A stretch of DNA of 64,000 nucleotides from the NCBI GenBank assembly GCA_951406725.2, contig OX597818.1:6138001-6202000 (forward strand). Reading direction: 5' to 3'. Position 1 is the first letter of the stretch, and each line of letters opens with the position of its first letter. The stretch comes from Octopus vulgaris. Its lineage: Eukaryota. Positions 39,900-55,456 of the stretch are shown here, piece after piece. Under the pieces are notes generated by a model that saw only the letters and a list, made by a program, of their open reading frames with translations, made no database searches and was not told the origin of the DNA. The position numbers and the translations under genes were made by a program.

Positions 39900-41967
39900 A
39901 TGCTGAGTCCTAAGTAATGCTGGCATCAAGTTTGAACAAAATACATCAAAATTAGTGTAGACAATTTTAGTGGGAAGTCCTATAAGTAATCGGTTTATAG
40001 ATATTTGTATCCTGATTAAATGGAATACCTTATAAGGAATCAGTTTATTGATTTTTCAACCCAAGTAGGACTTAACCGAACACAGCATTGCTGATTCAAA
40101 AACATCTATATTTATACTTTAAGGTTAGTTTTCATACTCAACTCAGTGCTGCAGAATCAGAATCGCAACGAGAGCGCATGGGTTGGGAGTTTAATCGGTA
40201 GAGGTAATCAGGTTGCATATGCCAGCTCTTTTGAAAACATCACCCCCATCATGTAACACTTCCACACACACAAACATATACATACACCTAATGCATATAT
40301 GTTTTTTGTATGCCCTTACCCCTGACCCTGTCCCACCACCACTCCGTACACGAGTAATAACATCAGTTGTGGCAAATTTGAGTAAATTTGGTACCAGACG
40401 TAACTTGTGTAAGAGAAATAGAGAGGCCTACCTTCTCCCGCAGAGATGTGAGAGTCAGATCTCTCGTTTCGAAAACACGAACATTTTCGAAACATTGTTT
40501 AAAAATAATAGCTAATCGAAGGAGCGAAGGAGCGTGTCTACACAGGATTTTTGCTCTGGTAACTTCTGCTTTCTCTCATGTTCACGCACAACCAGCAATA
40601 TGTCAGCAACGGATTTAACTAATTTGGAAATTAGTTGTGGAGAAACGGAAAATATAGTTTATATTGTGTATATATATTAGGTTGCCCGGAAAGTTCGTGC
40701 CGATTTGTAGTAGCTTACCTTTCGACTTAATTTAGAACATGGTTGGGTCCATAAAATAGGATTGACTACACCTCTATTTAGAGCACAGTTTAATCTATAT
40801 TTTCGTGGAAGAAGATTTATATCCCTATAACATGTGTTAATTCTGTAACCCTTTAAAATGGAAGATAGGAAAGCTCATTTTCGGCACTTGATGCTTTTGT
40901 TTTTCCGTAAAGGAAAAATGCCTCACAAGCAACCAAAGAAATATGCACAGTTTACGATATTGTTTCTCTAACTGAAAGAACTGTACGGAAGTGGTTCACA
41001 AGGTTCCGAGCTGGAGATTGTAGCCTTATTGATAAAGATCGATCGGGCAGACCATCCACTATAGATGATGACCAAATCAAGTCATTAATTGAGAATAACC
41101 CACATTGCACAACCCGAGAATTGGCAGAAAGTCTCAACCTATCAAAATCCGTCGTACATGAGCACCTGGTAAAACTTTGGTACACAAATCGCTAAAATAT
41201 TTGGGTACCACATGAGTGAGAAAAACCTTTTGGATCGTGTTTCCATTTATGATTTGCTTTATAAACGGAATGAAAATACGCCTTTTATAAAGCAAATTGT
41301 GACAGGTGATGAGAAATGGATTATCTACTGAAATGTTCAGAGAAAGCGACATGAGCCACCCTTAGCCACCCCAAAAGCGGATCTTCACCCTAACAAAGTA
41401 TTGCTTTGTATCTGGTGGGATTGGAAAGGAATTGTGTACTATCAGCTTCTCCCAAGTAACCAGACAATTAATTCTGAAAAATACTACACACAACTGGACG
41501 AATTAAAATCTGCAACTCAAGAGAAACGTCCATAATTGTCCAACAGGAAGGGTGTTATTTTCCAACATGATAATGCAAGACCGCACGTTTCTTTGCGAAC
41601 CATGAAAAATGCTGCAACTAGGCTGGGATGTGTTACTCCACCTTCTATATTCACCAGATATTGCTCCTTCGGATTTCCACTTATTCAGGTCTCTGCAGAA
41701 TAGTCTTAAAAGTAAATATTTCAATTCCTTGGTGACGTAAAAAGATACCTTGATGAATTCTTTGACATGAAACAACCTCAATTCTGGGAAGAGGGTATTT
41801 TCAAGTTAAAGGAAAGATGGAGACACATTGTGCAAAAAAAATGGTTCATCTTTAGTTGATTAAAAATGTAATGGCAAGTATTTATTGACCTTTTTCTTTC
41901 CTTTAAAAATCGGCACGAACTTTCCGGACAAACAATATATACATACATATATATATATACACACACA

Positions 41968-42025
<58 letters not shown>

Positions 42026-42206
42026 CGGGCGACACACACAAACACACGCACTTACGTACACCTATTGCAATACATGTGTTTCGTGCGCATACATGTTCAC
42101 GTGTGTCTGACTGAAGCCATTCACACATACATACATACATAACAACCCATGTCTGTCAGTTTTTGTCTGTCAATCACTCACTAAAAAGACGAAATTTTTA
42201 AAATTT

Positions 42207-42244
<38 letters not shown>

Positions 42245-42509
42245 CACCATCGCTAGAAGGGGACTTAACTCATGTTTGTAAATTATGGTGTATATCTCCG
42301 ACGTGAAAGCTATTAGAAGTTATGGTTCAAAATTATTTTTATCACTATTCGTTAGTGCCTCGGGAGCAAATGATTTGACGAAAATACACCTCGGATTGTG
42401 ACGAATGTCTTCCTAAAAATTGAGCGACATACATGCTAATTTGTGGTTGTGCATAAATTGCATTCACGTACACACACACACACACACATCGTGCCTTTTA
42501 TATATACAG
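39900..42509 (-). mobile_element. Possible non-autonomous Helitron-like element hosting the mariner
   Basis: Minus-strand start TCTGTATATATAAAAGGCACGATGTGTGTG resembles a Helitron 5' TC end. No 3' CTAG hairpin end was found. Confidence 0.3.
40677..41935 (+). mobile_element. Mariner (DD34D) transposon, full-length, frameshifted
   Basis: TIRs TTAGGTTGCCCGGAAAGTTCGTGCCGATTT / AAATCGGCACGAACTTTCCGGACAAACAA with TA on both sides. ATG at 40858 (MEDRKAHFRHLM), then WVPHE, IVTGDEKW, FQHDNARPH and YSPDIAPSDFHLF. Confidence 0.95.
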
Positions 42510-42860
42510 AAAACAACGTCCGGTTTCCGGTGTCTCGTCGGGTAATTGCACTAGATCATTGCATCACACAGGATTTTGCAATTCTCATTTTCGCTCACTC
42601 CTGGAGCTTTCTCATATCATGTCTTTGCTTTTTGTAGACGCTGGATCTACACAGCTCCCACATGATCATTCTTGCCACATAGCCATGGTATCTTTTGCAT
42701 TCGCGTTGTGCCAATATCGGGCATTCGCTAACGATGTGCCGTACCGTTGCACTCCTCTCACCCCACATTATGCATTTGTGGCTATCAGTAGTTTTGTCTA
42801 TTCTGCATTTCATATAGTTGGTCCTTTACACTTGTTCCTGACCTGCACATATTCCTGAAA
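42510..42860 (-). mobile_element. R4/Dong-like fragment (zinc knuckle/RLE region)
   Basis: RIDKTTDSHKCIMWGERSATVRHIVSECPILAQRECKRYH. Adjacent to (TTA)n and (CTA)n. Confidence 0.8.
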
Positions 42861-42911
42861 GCTTGTACTTGAGCTGCATTATTATTATTATCATTATGAC
42901 TCCTACTGCTG

Positions 42912-43022
<111 letters not shown>

Positions 43023-44814
43023 AATAACATTGAATATTTAAACTTTTCTTTTCTTAGGAAGTAAACCATCTTCAATAGTTGAAGTCTCTTACAAGATTAA
43101 ATGAAAAAACTTGTATTAACCCTTTAAATATTTGGTTCTGTTGTAGTTTAGAAATAAGTAGATATTGATATGTTATATGACCGAAATAGCACAAGTGTGA
43201 AGTAAATCGTTTTAAGAAATTTTAATTCATTTATATAGAAGATATTGTTTTAGCACACATTCAGTAATTACATTACACTTTAAAACTATTTCCTAGGAAA
43301 TCCACTGTTGTGATTCAAAATTGTAAGAAATTCTCATATATTTCTAGTGGTAGAGATTTGATGTAGATCGCTTTTGGATGATATATACATTTCAGGTATA
43401 GAAATATGTGAACTAAATTTAGTGTACTCTCATCACAAATAGATTTCATATATTCAACTTACAAGAATTATAAATGACATTCATATATCAGTAAATAGAT
43501 ATCGAAATTCAAGAATAGAATACTTTGAAATATTACAGATATATATCAAAATTTATCGTAAACATAATTAAAAAAAACATTTGACAATGTTAAATTATGT
43601 ATATGGTAATGAGTAATTGTATTACTGTTCTCTAAGACATTTTCCTCTTTCTCTTCCGAACTGAATAGCCGCATGTCAGGAAGCTAGATGTTTTATTATT
43701 GTTGTTGTGGTGGTGTTTATGAAGCCTCTGGGGAAGATGAATTTGGTGATGTAGTGTTATTGTTGATTCATCGACTGACAGTATGAATGTTCAAATTTAT
43801 TCTAACGCTAAAAAGGTATATATGTGTGTATATGCGCTTGTGCGTGTGATTAAATACTAGAAAATGATGGCTACATAAATCAAATATTTTCAGAAATTAT
43901 ATGAGAAATTATGGTATGATTTAAGGGAAGTTGGGATGATACTTCTAGTATCTAAATCAAGTAGCCAATCTGAAAAAGAAATCGAGATTAAACTCTAGGA
44001 GCAAAATTCTCATACATACGTGTGTGGCGAACAATTTAACTTACAGAACGTCTTGTTGAATTTTCTTTTAAATTGGTCTTCCTGAGTTATATATTAAACT
44101 TTGTCAGTGGGTAAATGTTCTTTAATTAAGGAAAGGGCATTTAAGTTACTTATTCAATATTTGCACACAACTAAGATATTCAAACTTGTATCAGTTCTCA
44201 GTTCAACAAGAATATTATAATTGCATTTTAATTGTATAGACGCATTGGTGCTAAGAGTGTGTTGTTGTTCTTATATGAGCGATTTATAGCCTATTCTATC
44301 TTTAAAATGTGTTCCAGTTAATTGTATATTTACGCAAAACAATAAAAATTACTCAATCTCACGAAAAACTGATTATAAATGTATAATAATTTTGCTGGAA
44401 TTAAATATCCTTTCATCCTTGTATTCTTTCATTTCATTTGGATTGTCATTTAGTGGGATACTTAATATATCTGACGCTGCTGCTTAGGCGTTATATTACA
44501 GAGACGTAAACAAGCAACTAATATATGTGTGCGTGCCTCTGTGTTTGTGTGTGCGTGTATTCATACAATATGTATGTCTGTGAGGAGCAAATGGCGGGTT
44601 TAAACTAAGATTCTGTCTATCACTCTTCTGAGTTCTATTGGTGAAATTCTGTGATTTATTCCGATAAATATATTTCAATAGGAACCGACACTTTATGAAT
44701 TAAATAGCTGTTGTTTCGGAAAAAAAATATATGACCATTATGTATTGTTTATTGTTTTCCTTCTGATGAGCAGGCATATATGTATACATATATATATATA
44801 TATATATAAATCGT

Positions 44815-45039
44815 GTACATTAAAACACATCAAGAGTCTTCCAAATAGGAAAGTCTTGTGCTAGAAAGAGCAGTAGAAAATTCAAACCACTAATTAGGGA
44901 TAAATTCTCGAAAGGAATGAAAATTAAAAACGTTTACCATCTTATTTAGTTCCTAGACCATGGTTTCTAACTAATTCCAGTAAAAAATATTTACTGAGGC
45001 TAGTTTTAGTGGAATTAGTTAGAAATCATGGTCTAGGAA
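44815..45039. repeat. Distant relative of the 6540 family, ending in a fold-back over a hammerhead stem III
   Basis: GTACATTAAAACAC...GCTAGAAAGAGCAGT...GAAAGGAATGAAAATT...TTTACC matches 6541-6680. Hairpin TTCCTAGACCATGGTTTCTAACTAATTCCA / TGGAATTAGTTAGAAATCATGGTCTAGGAA (44950-45039). Confidence 0.65.
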
Positions 45040-47004
45040 ATGCTAATGAAAAGATGTCATATGGATGTTAGAGTGAGAAAATTAATACATAATAGAATAT
45101 GGCGAGATATACAGGAGAGAGAATATGTTTGGAATGTTTATAAAATAGATGTAACAATTTTGTAAATGAGAGTTTTATTGTTTATTTTTATCCGTTGTAT
45201 TCCTTTGGTGTTTCTTATGCTTAGGAACATCAGGAGAAGTAAGCGTACACTTATTGGGTACATTATTTTATACTGTAAGATGTACTTGTATTACGGAACA
45301 TTCTTTTATAGAACAGATAGTTGACTTATATTGGTAGGTTCTTACACTCATGGTAACATATATATATATATATATACTTCCAAGCGGACAAGTATTCATA
45401 TATCATGATGCATTTATGAAATAATTTTAAAAAGGTTCAGTTAGGTAGACAGGCATTTATCACAAATGTTCATTATCGGTAGCTGTTACACGGATTTATT
45501 TTTAAAATAAGGATAAATTTCAATCAGAATATTTGGAAATGTACCAGATGACTTCGCAATTAAGTGCATTATTATTTATGTTGTGTTTCTAAATTCCTTC
45601 ATTGATGCCGCTGCTTGGAGAAAACACATTGGTAGTTTTCGGTAAAACAATTTCGCTCCTATATGGGCGTATTGACAATTATTTTAGGCTTTTACCTTTG
45701 GTATAATAATTTATTCGACTAACAGAATAAAAGTGTTCATGTTAGAAGCAGTATTCTCAAGAAACAGTAATTAGTTTAGAATGATAATAGTTTATTGCAA
45801 TTATATGTAAGCTGATAATGCTAATCAACACACCATATATGACAACATCTACGACAGGCGAACGGACTTATTGCCATAAAATATGACATCCATCTTTGAT
45901 CCAAATGAATACTCTTTAAAGATAGATCGATCCATTGATCGACCGATCCATTCATCCATCCATCTCACTCTCTTCCTCACTTTCTCTTTCTCTCTGTCTG
46001 TCTTTCTGTCTGTCTGTCTCTATCTAGCTATCTATCTGTCTATCCACTTATCTGTATAGCTATTTATCTATTTTACTTTCTTCTTTCGTAGCTCTTCAGG
46101 CCTATCTTTCATCCTGCCTCCTTTTGTCTCTTTCTCTCACTTTCGCTGACTTCCCCTCTAGTACTTGATATTTTATTCATCGGAATTATAATTGGTATTA
46201 TGTCATTCCAATTATCCACGTACATCTGGTCGTCAACCCTAAAACCTTCACACTCCTGATTTCACACACATTATTTATATTACTTTTTCTCTCATCAAAA
46301 TATCTCTGTCTACAAATCATTTCCATCATATTTTTTATCTTTGAGCTGTCGAGTAGCTCTTGTTTCAGTGTGACGCTAACGGCATCAGCTATATTCCATT
46401 CCAAAACACCAAAAAACAACCAAGATTAATTATAGAGTAATTAATTAATGCTGCACTAAACTGTGTTTCGTTAATAAATTTAAATGCAACGTAAACGTTT
46501 TAAAAACACTTATTAATTAGCCAGGCCATGGAAAGTAAACAGATGTTATCAAAACTGGAACATCAAGAACCATAATTAACCATTCCTCCAACAACTATTT
46601 ATATAAGAAACTGACTTTGCCGATAGGATGAAGTTTCAAATAACTTATATATGTCTTTCAATCTTTAGTTTTCAGTTAAATTAGCATTAGGCTGTCTCTT
46701 TAGTTGGTTAATTATTGGATTTTCGTGTATTTCCAGCAGATATGCTTAAAGAAACATATGTCAATACAATTTCCATCCTCTCTGAAAATGACTGGGTGTA
46801 TATTCCTCATATAGTAAATATATTTCGGTATTATAGAAATTCAGATAACAAATATATGGATTCACGATTTTGTCAACATGAAAATGTCATGTAGCGACTA
46901 ACTCTGAGTAGTGAAAGTTAAAATCCTCATCTTTAATGAAACACATTTCCCACCCTCCCTCTCTTACTATGAGTATGCATGCATATATACATATATACAT
47001 ATAC

Positions 47005-47053
<49 letters not shown>

Positions 47054-47379
47054 ATATATATATATATATATATAAGAGAGAGTGATGTGTATGTATATAT
47101 GTGTATATATGTCACTGACCATTGCTTGATCTATATCTTTCATCCGATTTCGTTCATGCTTGTTAAGTACATCACTTATGATTCACAGATGCCTCAGCGT
47201 CACTTATAGGGTGATATTTAGATATGGGGCTTCTAAAGTCAGAAGGTCTGTACTTTGCGAAGTGCCATCAGAAATTGTCTTCCTAACACCGAAGGTAACA
47301 GTCAGAAATGTTCTCCCTTACACAGCAATCATCATAAAAGGTCATAACCAGGAATTTTGGTTGACAATCGGTGGGTCGT

Positions 47380-49138
47380 ACCCCACAAAAAGATGCTCTG
47401 CAAAACATTTCATGCACACGTCTAGGTAGAATTCAGCGACGAAAACACGGCCGGTCCCACGGTCTCCACAGTTGGATCCAGCCGTGTAGAAAGGCGACAC
47501 AATCAGGCGCGTCTACAGAGTTCCTCTCCTGAACTCCGAATGCTTTTTCAACGTAGCACATGAAAATATCCCAACGTGTCACATAATGCATTCCTCGGAC
47601 GAAGCGATAATTTTGGAAAAGTACAAACTCATAGCTTGGGATGAAGCAACTATGTCCCATACATGTTCCCTACAAACACTTGATACCACAATGAGGGACG
47701 AAGTGCGAGCCTACTTCTTGCAGGAGATTTTCGACAAATTCTGCATATGAATATCCCCTGATGTACTTAATGCCTGCCTTAAAAAATTCCTTCTTTGGTC
47801 CAATCAAAACAACTCACCATCAATATGAGATCACGGCTACAGACTGGTCAGTCTACAACCCAGTTTTCAGAAATGCTCCTTAAAATTGGCAATGGACAAA
47901 TTACGTCCGAAAACAACGGACAGATACATTGACACTACCACCATTAGCCACACTGTCTCCTGCCGTAATGTCCTGCCGTTTACACAAATCTTACAACGGA
48001 ATACATAAAACCAAATTGGCTTCGCGACAGGGATGTTTTTGCCACTACAGATGCAGCACTCAATACTCTTAACAACGACTTACTCACCCAGCTACAATCT
48101 CAAGAACGCTGTTACAGATCAGTTGACACAATTACCGACCTCGATCAGGTTACACACTTTCCAACAGAATTTTTCAACTCCCAAGATCCCCCAGGTCTCC
48201 CTCCCCATGACCTTCACTTCAAGGTCGGTTGCCCTGTCATTTTTCTGTGCAATCTAAATACACCCACACCATGCAGTGGAACTCGTCTTGTGGTCAAACA
48301 AATGATGGACCACGTCATTGAAGCCCACATTATTACGGGACACGGCAAAAACGATACCGTTTCCATTCCGAAAATTCCGCTAATTCTATGAAGAGATTTC
48401 AGTTACCATGACAATTAACAAAGCAGAAGGTTTGTCGCTGAAAAGTGTCTGATTGAACCTTCAAACATCGTGCTTTTCACATGGGTAGATCCCCTTCGGT
48501 TGTTCCACAGGTGGCACCCAGACAACTTATTCATCTATGATCTCGAATGAAAAACGAAACAATGTCGTTTACAAAGCAGCCCTACATAAGTTATTCCTCC
48601 ACTGCGTTCTTCATATATACGGCAAAATGTAGGCATTAGCAATCAAACTTCCTGCGAGCATTTCATTGATATTTAACCTTCCTTTCCAACATTGATGTTA
48701 ACAGTGAATTACCTTGAATGACCCTTTTTACTTCACGCACGTTATTCGCTCATAAGCATGCTCTGGTACTTATTTTTGTACAAGCTATTATTCTAATGCC
48801 TGTTTGCTATAAATGGTTTCTTCTCTTTATCATACATTATTTTCATCGACAAAAGCTTCAATGCGGTTGTGTGAAGCTTTGCGAGAGAAAAAAGTGCATG
48901 ATACAAAACGCTTCAAGTAAGATATAGAATCCTTAATGCCTACTGCAATTGCGATCTCATTTCATGGAATTTCATTTCTTAATACCATATCATAAACTGG
49001 TAACTAAAATGGTTATTTACATTTTACGCTTATCAACTTGAAACGACTTATAACTGAGGGCAAATTCAACTTAAACTGTCCACAGGAGTGCACCATTATG
49101 ATAATTTACACCGTCCAAAGTACGGGTGCGTTTGCTAG
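47380..49138 (+). mobile_element. Helitron remnant (PIF1-like helicase) with 3' terminus
   Basis: IAWDEATMSH, LLAGDFRQIL, LLKIGNG, FPTEFFNSQDPPGLPPHDLHFKVG, CSGTRL, MTINKAEG. Ends in hairpin CCGT..ACGG and CTAG at 49135-49138. Confidence 0.88.
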
Positions 49139-49339
49139 AACACGCATACACACACATTTATATATGTATGTAAGATCCAGGAATCGAGGTGTAGGAAGAC
49201 GGTTAGCTTATATGCCTCAGTAGGCAACTAGGGTAGCCGAATGTTTGAAAAAGAATACAAGATAATACAGTTCTATATTTGACAGATGAGGAAATATGTA
49301 AATTATTTATATTTGATGGATATTTGACCTAATCTTTTT

Positions 49340-49876
<537 letters not shown>

Positions 49877-49877
49877 G

Positions 49878-50064
49878 TATACAAGAGTTACGCAATCGAG
49901 TATGGGAAATCCGGGTTACATATGATTTAAAGCGAATGGAACCTCAGAAATTCAAGTATGGTGTATACTGTCAAGATATTCAGTCACAAGGAAGTACATG
50001 TTGACACAAAGATTCAATCGGAATGTAGCCCGGATTTCCCATACACCATTCCGTAACTCTTGTA

Positions 50065-50066
<2 letters not shown>
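49878..50066. repeat. Inverted repeat with ~43-bp arms (MITE-like or fold-back)
   Basis: TATACAAGAGTTACG...GTATGGGAAATCCGGGTTACA / TGTAGCCCGGATTTCCCATAC...CGTAACTCTTGTATA. Confidence 0.85.
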
Positions 50067-50105
<39 letters not shown>

Positions 50106-50152
50106 CTATCTATCTATCTATCTATCTATCTATATATCTATCTATCTATCTA

Positions 50153-50269
<117 letters not shown>

Positions 50270-50354
50270 GAGAGAGAGAGAGAGAGAGAAACGCCATGTT
50301 GGATCATTAGCTCCTACACGCATTTTTTTTCTCTCCTTGTTTCTTTTCTGTGTA

Positions 50355-50392
50355 TCTTTCTGTCGAAGAGCGTAGGCTCGAAACGTAAAAGA
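50355..50392 (+). ncRNA. Minimal hammerhead-like motif with variant core
   Basis: TCTTT-CTGTCGAA-GAGC-GTAG-GCTC-GAAACGT-A-AAAGA. Perfect stems I and II, minimal stem III, core CUGUCGA (A6 changed to U). Confidence 0.6.
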
Positions 50393-50499
50393 CTTGTTTT
50401 ATTTCTATTCCTGAGCGCCATACTAATACAATTGTTTGTTTGTACTCCACCTGCCTTCGTCTTTTGTTTATTTTCGTAAACCTTCCCGTTATATATATA

Positions 50500-50573
<74 letters not shown>

Positions 50574-50826
50574 TGTATATATATATGGAAAAAGAGACAA
50601 GATAGAAAATGCTAAAATAATTTTATAAAAAACAATTCACTACCGATTTCAGTCATTGAGACATTTTCAACTGTAAGTATGGAAAGCAATTAAATTTGGA
50701 AAAACTAAAAGAAATTTTTTTTTTAAAGAATATTTGTATAGTGTTCAAATACAAGTGGCATATTCCTTGCTTCTGCTTGTCTCTGTCTCTCTTGTTGGTT
50801 CGAGATCGTTGTTAATTCTTGGTAGG

Positions 50827-50898
50827 GAAGAAGAAGAAGAAGAAGAAGAAGAAGAAGAAGAAGAAGAAGAAGAAGAAGAAGAAGAAGAAGAAGAAGAA
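50827..50898. repeat. (GAA)n microsatellite
   Basis: Read directly from the sequence. Confidence 0.95.
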
Positions 50899-53604
50899 TA
50901 TGGGAGTGCCATGACAGTAGTATGTTAAATGGTCAGCTGCGCTGCCCCGAAAATGACCCGCTGTGGATGATAGTAGTCACTGTTCAAGTCATGAAAATAT
51001 CTCTTTTGAATGTTATATATATGTATATATATATATGCATGCATGTATGCAATTACATATGTAGTGTAATATGTCCACAACACATTCAACATGCAAACAC
51101 TCTCAAACTGTTTCACAGTTGAAAGCGCCGAGTGAACTCATCAACATAAGACAAAATTACTTCTTAACAAACATTCTATACTTACTTTTATTCTTCATGT
51201 CCTATTCTATACATTACTCAAATTCAGAATATGAATAAGTAAATTATATTCTTGACACATGATAGTAATTCAATTTTCAAGCACTACTTAATTCTTGTAC
51301 GGAGCCTATTTGTATACTGAACTGCATTTCTGTAATGTTTCTATTCCCATAAATTCCTTATAGCAGTGAACTGCTTGAGAGTTTCACAAAAGACTAGACT
51401 TAACTTGATTTCATGAGACACAGGCATGAACAATAGTAGTTGCTATTACCAATACTCTTGTATAGAACTCTTACAAATGTGAAGCCAAAAATAAAAGGAA
51501 AGAAAATCGTATTATAAGAAAAGAGGGAAAGGAGAGTCTTTTCAGAATAGCAATAAATATCTCACGATCAAAATTCCTTTCGTTTGTTCGCAAGGATTGC
51601 TTGTCAGAAAAGATCTGCTCAATTTAGAGAAAGGAAAGTATGCAACTCATTCTTCGATTGGAAATGCCGATGTACATCACTGGTCTTTTATACCGATAAA
51701 AGTAATTGGTGGCAAGAATGCATTCTAAATGACCAAGCAAACAAAAGAAGATGAAACTTATATTCAGAAAAAATCTAATAATTGTCGATTTATTCATGAA
51801 AGACACGTGTGAGCGTAGCATCTATGCATAGTATTTGGTAAGGATGATTATATATCGTTGTTTGGCTGTGTATACACATCAGGAGAAAATTGATTGCTAT
51901 GAAGCATCTGAGAATATATTAGTTGCCGTAGATTGAGCATGAAAGTTTCCGAAAATACGAAATACACGTCTCGTAGGTTAGTCCAATAATTAGAAAAAAT
52001 TGACATTAAGGCTTCGCAAAGAAAGTCGATATATAAAGAGAGGAGTTATGCACTAATCCGTGTAACATCATAAGCACACAACGCGGTAGCTCATGCTGAA
52101 TTATGTAATTTTTTGTGTAGATATTTTAATCTTTGTGAACACTCAACCTTCTGTGTATTTAAATTTCATTCCTTAAATTATTATTTTAATATTAAGTTGC
52201 GTTTTCATAAATAAATTCCCATGAAGAAATATACTGGGAATATTCAATCGATATATTAATACTTGTATTTATGTAATTTCATGAATTACCTGTTCAAATT
52301 CAGAAATATTTCACAGCTATGATTTAACTACAATATATTCTATATTTTGTGTCAGTGGACATTGACGCTATATATAAGTTTTATTTTTTCATCTATTCCG
52401 CATTTCAAAATATACAAATATAGTTCACTTAAATAGATTTATTTCCATGTTTCTTTTCTGATTGTGTAACATTTTACTTCATTTTTAAAATATTCGAATT
52501 TAGAGGAGAATATATCATTTACGTGTGACTAAAATGTCATAATTTACTATAAATGATAATATCAAAAGTTTACTTTTAGAAGTTCTTCTTTTGTATGAAT
52601 GAATGAATGGATGAATGAATGAATGCATGTTATTCCATACTTAGAAGATTGACAGCTTATCTATAATATAATATAAAAAGGCATTTAAATATCTGGAAAA
52701 ACTTATACGTATATTTTATCTGCAAGTACGGAGTATAAAACTACTTTTGCAAATATTATTGATGCTCGTCAAAGGATGCATTCTCCTGACATATGAATGC
52801 TGGTAAGGTGAAGTGATTAAGAATTTTGTTTTCAAACCATGAGATTCTCCGTGTGAAGCCTCATATACAAGTCATTTTCCTATAACTTGGATATGTGTCC
52901 TAGCCTACATACAGAGATCAAACCTTTGTAATATGAATGATAGCAGATACATCAAAATTGTATGACTTCCCTAGAGAAGGACTGTACTTCAGTATGTGAC
53001 GAATTAAGAAGGTTGCTACACAACATATTGTCTTTATTGTGCACGAACATTATGTCAAATGTAACGACGTTTAGCAATCAGTTATAGACATATTAATAAG
53101 GTATTTGAGTTCATAGAAAAACTGAACTAGCAATCGCAGAAACAAATGTAGACACACTTCAGTACATCACAATTAAGTTATAAAGCCACTGGTGGTCAAA
53201 ATCACAGTAGTTGTATATACATTTATGAGCAGTCTAATAGAAATATATCAATATTTCTCACTGGGTAATACATTTTTCATAGAGAGTTATCTCATACAAT
53301 TGCTTTTAATTAGATATTTGACGTTGGAGACATCATTTCAAAGGTCACCGATTCTCCAGATAAAGCGTACAGGGAATCGGAATTCTCTATCCTGCTACTG
53401 AATGTGCCTCAGTTGTGTATGCCTCCTATTAATGCTATTGGATTTTTTGCCAGTCTAGTATCTTGTAATGATCTCGAATGGTACGTTAGTAGCCCTGTAG
53501 AGAGGCAGGATCTTCCAACTAAATAGTTGGTAGGATTACGCCAATTAAATAATATATAAATTTATGCATATATACATATATGCACATACCTACATATATA
53601 TGTA

Positions 53605-54160
53605 TATATACATGCATATATGAGTACAGGACATAAAAAGTGTCAACAAAATGAGAAACTAGAACATAAAAAACACAAACATAGAAAACGAACTATTTTG
53701 AACAACGAAAGAAACAAATAGAGAAACGAGACAAACAACATAAAGAGCATTCCCTACATCAGTTGTCCCCTGCTTTTGCCTGTCTCTTCTCAAAGCTCGT
53801 TTTTTCAGCGTTCACCACTGCACGTAGTCTTGGCTTTTTTTTACTGTTTTGTTCTTACTGTCCGGTTTTCGTTACCACTTTAATCCTCAGCAAAAATACC
53901 AAATTTTATTCAATTTACTTTGCGGGAACGACTGTTTTAAAGACGTCGCATCTTGTTCCTACCTTCGAAACGTGGAGTAGATAAAACAGCGGACAACTGG
54001 TAAGGGAATGTTCTTTATTTTGCCTGTCTTCTTTCTCTATTCGTTTCTTTCGTTGCTCGAAATAATGTTCGTTTTCTATGTTTTTGTTCTGTATGTTCTC
54101 GTTTCTCATTTTGTTGGCGTTTTCTTGATGTTCTGTACCCATATATGCATGTATATATTC
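53605..54160. repeat. Diverged inverted repeat (~170-bp arms) in a TA-rich context
   Basis: AACAAAATGAGAAAC..GAACAT..AAACATAGAAAACGAAC..CAACGAAAGAAAC.AATAGAGAAA pairs with TTTCTCTATTCGTTTCTTTCGTTG..GTTCGTTTTCTATGTTT..GTTTCTCATTTTGTT. Confidence 0.85.
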
Positions 54161-54230
54161 ATATATATGGATATATTTATATATTATTTATATTATAAAT
54201 AGATAGATATATAGATAGATATAGAAATAC

Positions 54231-54282
<52 letters not shown>

Positions 54283-55090
54283 TATACATAAATAAATACA
54301 TACATACACATGCAAATATATATATATATATATCTATATAAATACATACATACATACCTTCATCATTATCATTTTCTCGAATGAATATTAGGGGTAAAGT
54401 TGCCTAGTACATTATTGCATTTTCCCAAGACCATTGTAATCAGATTTCACTTACGATAATTCCAGCTCTATTTTATTATTATACACCAGAAAAGATTTCA
54501 TCCGTATGGCGAATTATTTTTGTAAATATATGCCATTATATATGCGAGTGACATTATTCATATGTTTAAAATAGAACCACTTCTTATTTCCGTAGAAGCT
54601 TACTGACAATTTTATTATTCATTCCTACTTAACATTAATCGAGAGCTTTTTGATGGAATATATACGAATTTACACTTTGAATTCTGAAAAATTATTGAAC
54701 AGATTGTCTTGTTATATGCAACGTTTGCATTTATAACAGGAATAACTTGGCTCTTAATACATTTTAAAAGGTTTTTGATATCGGCTAGTATGAGCTTGTG
54801 TGAATAAAGTTTGAATTGACGTTTTATATTTATGAATATTTCCTACATAATAACTGCTATACTAAATATATCCTAATTCAAGCAATTCTTGAGAAATATA
54901 CTCGGTATGGAGATAACGATTCATATTTTCCAATTTAGAAATGTAATGGTTACCAATGTCCCACCACTTATTTTAATAAGATATTTTCTTTCCAAGTAAC
55001 AAAATTCTTCATACCTCCGAAGATATATATCAATCAAGCAACACTCGATCACAAGTATAGAAGACATGATAGAATTACATTTTTAGAAGT

Positions 55091-55149
<59 letters not shown>

Positions 55150-55264
55150 AAGTGAAAGAAAGAGAGAAGGGGAGCCAGAGAAGGAGCGCGAGAAGTGAAA
55201 TAGATAGACTTCGGCATAAATATAGATATGTATATATATATATATATATACATACATACATTCA

Positions 55265-55304
<40 letters not shown>

Positions 55305-55350
55305 ATATCTCTCGATCTCTGTGTGTATATATATATATATGCATACATAC

Positions 55351-55456
<106 letters not shown>

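Noticed and set aside
51624-51821. 65-aa ORF with a hydrophobic N-terminus and KR/RR sites (neuropeptide-precursor-like)
   Set aside because: Short, with hydrophobicity explained by T-rich sequence. No repeated peptide or amidation signal and no other support.
53740-54010. CTGATGT, CTGAGGA and GAAACG fragments in the 53.6-kb inverted repeat
   Set aside because: A consistent three-stem fold could not be built by eye.
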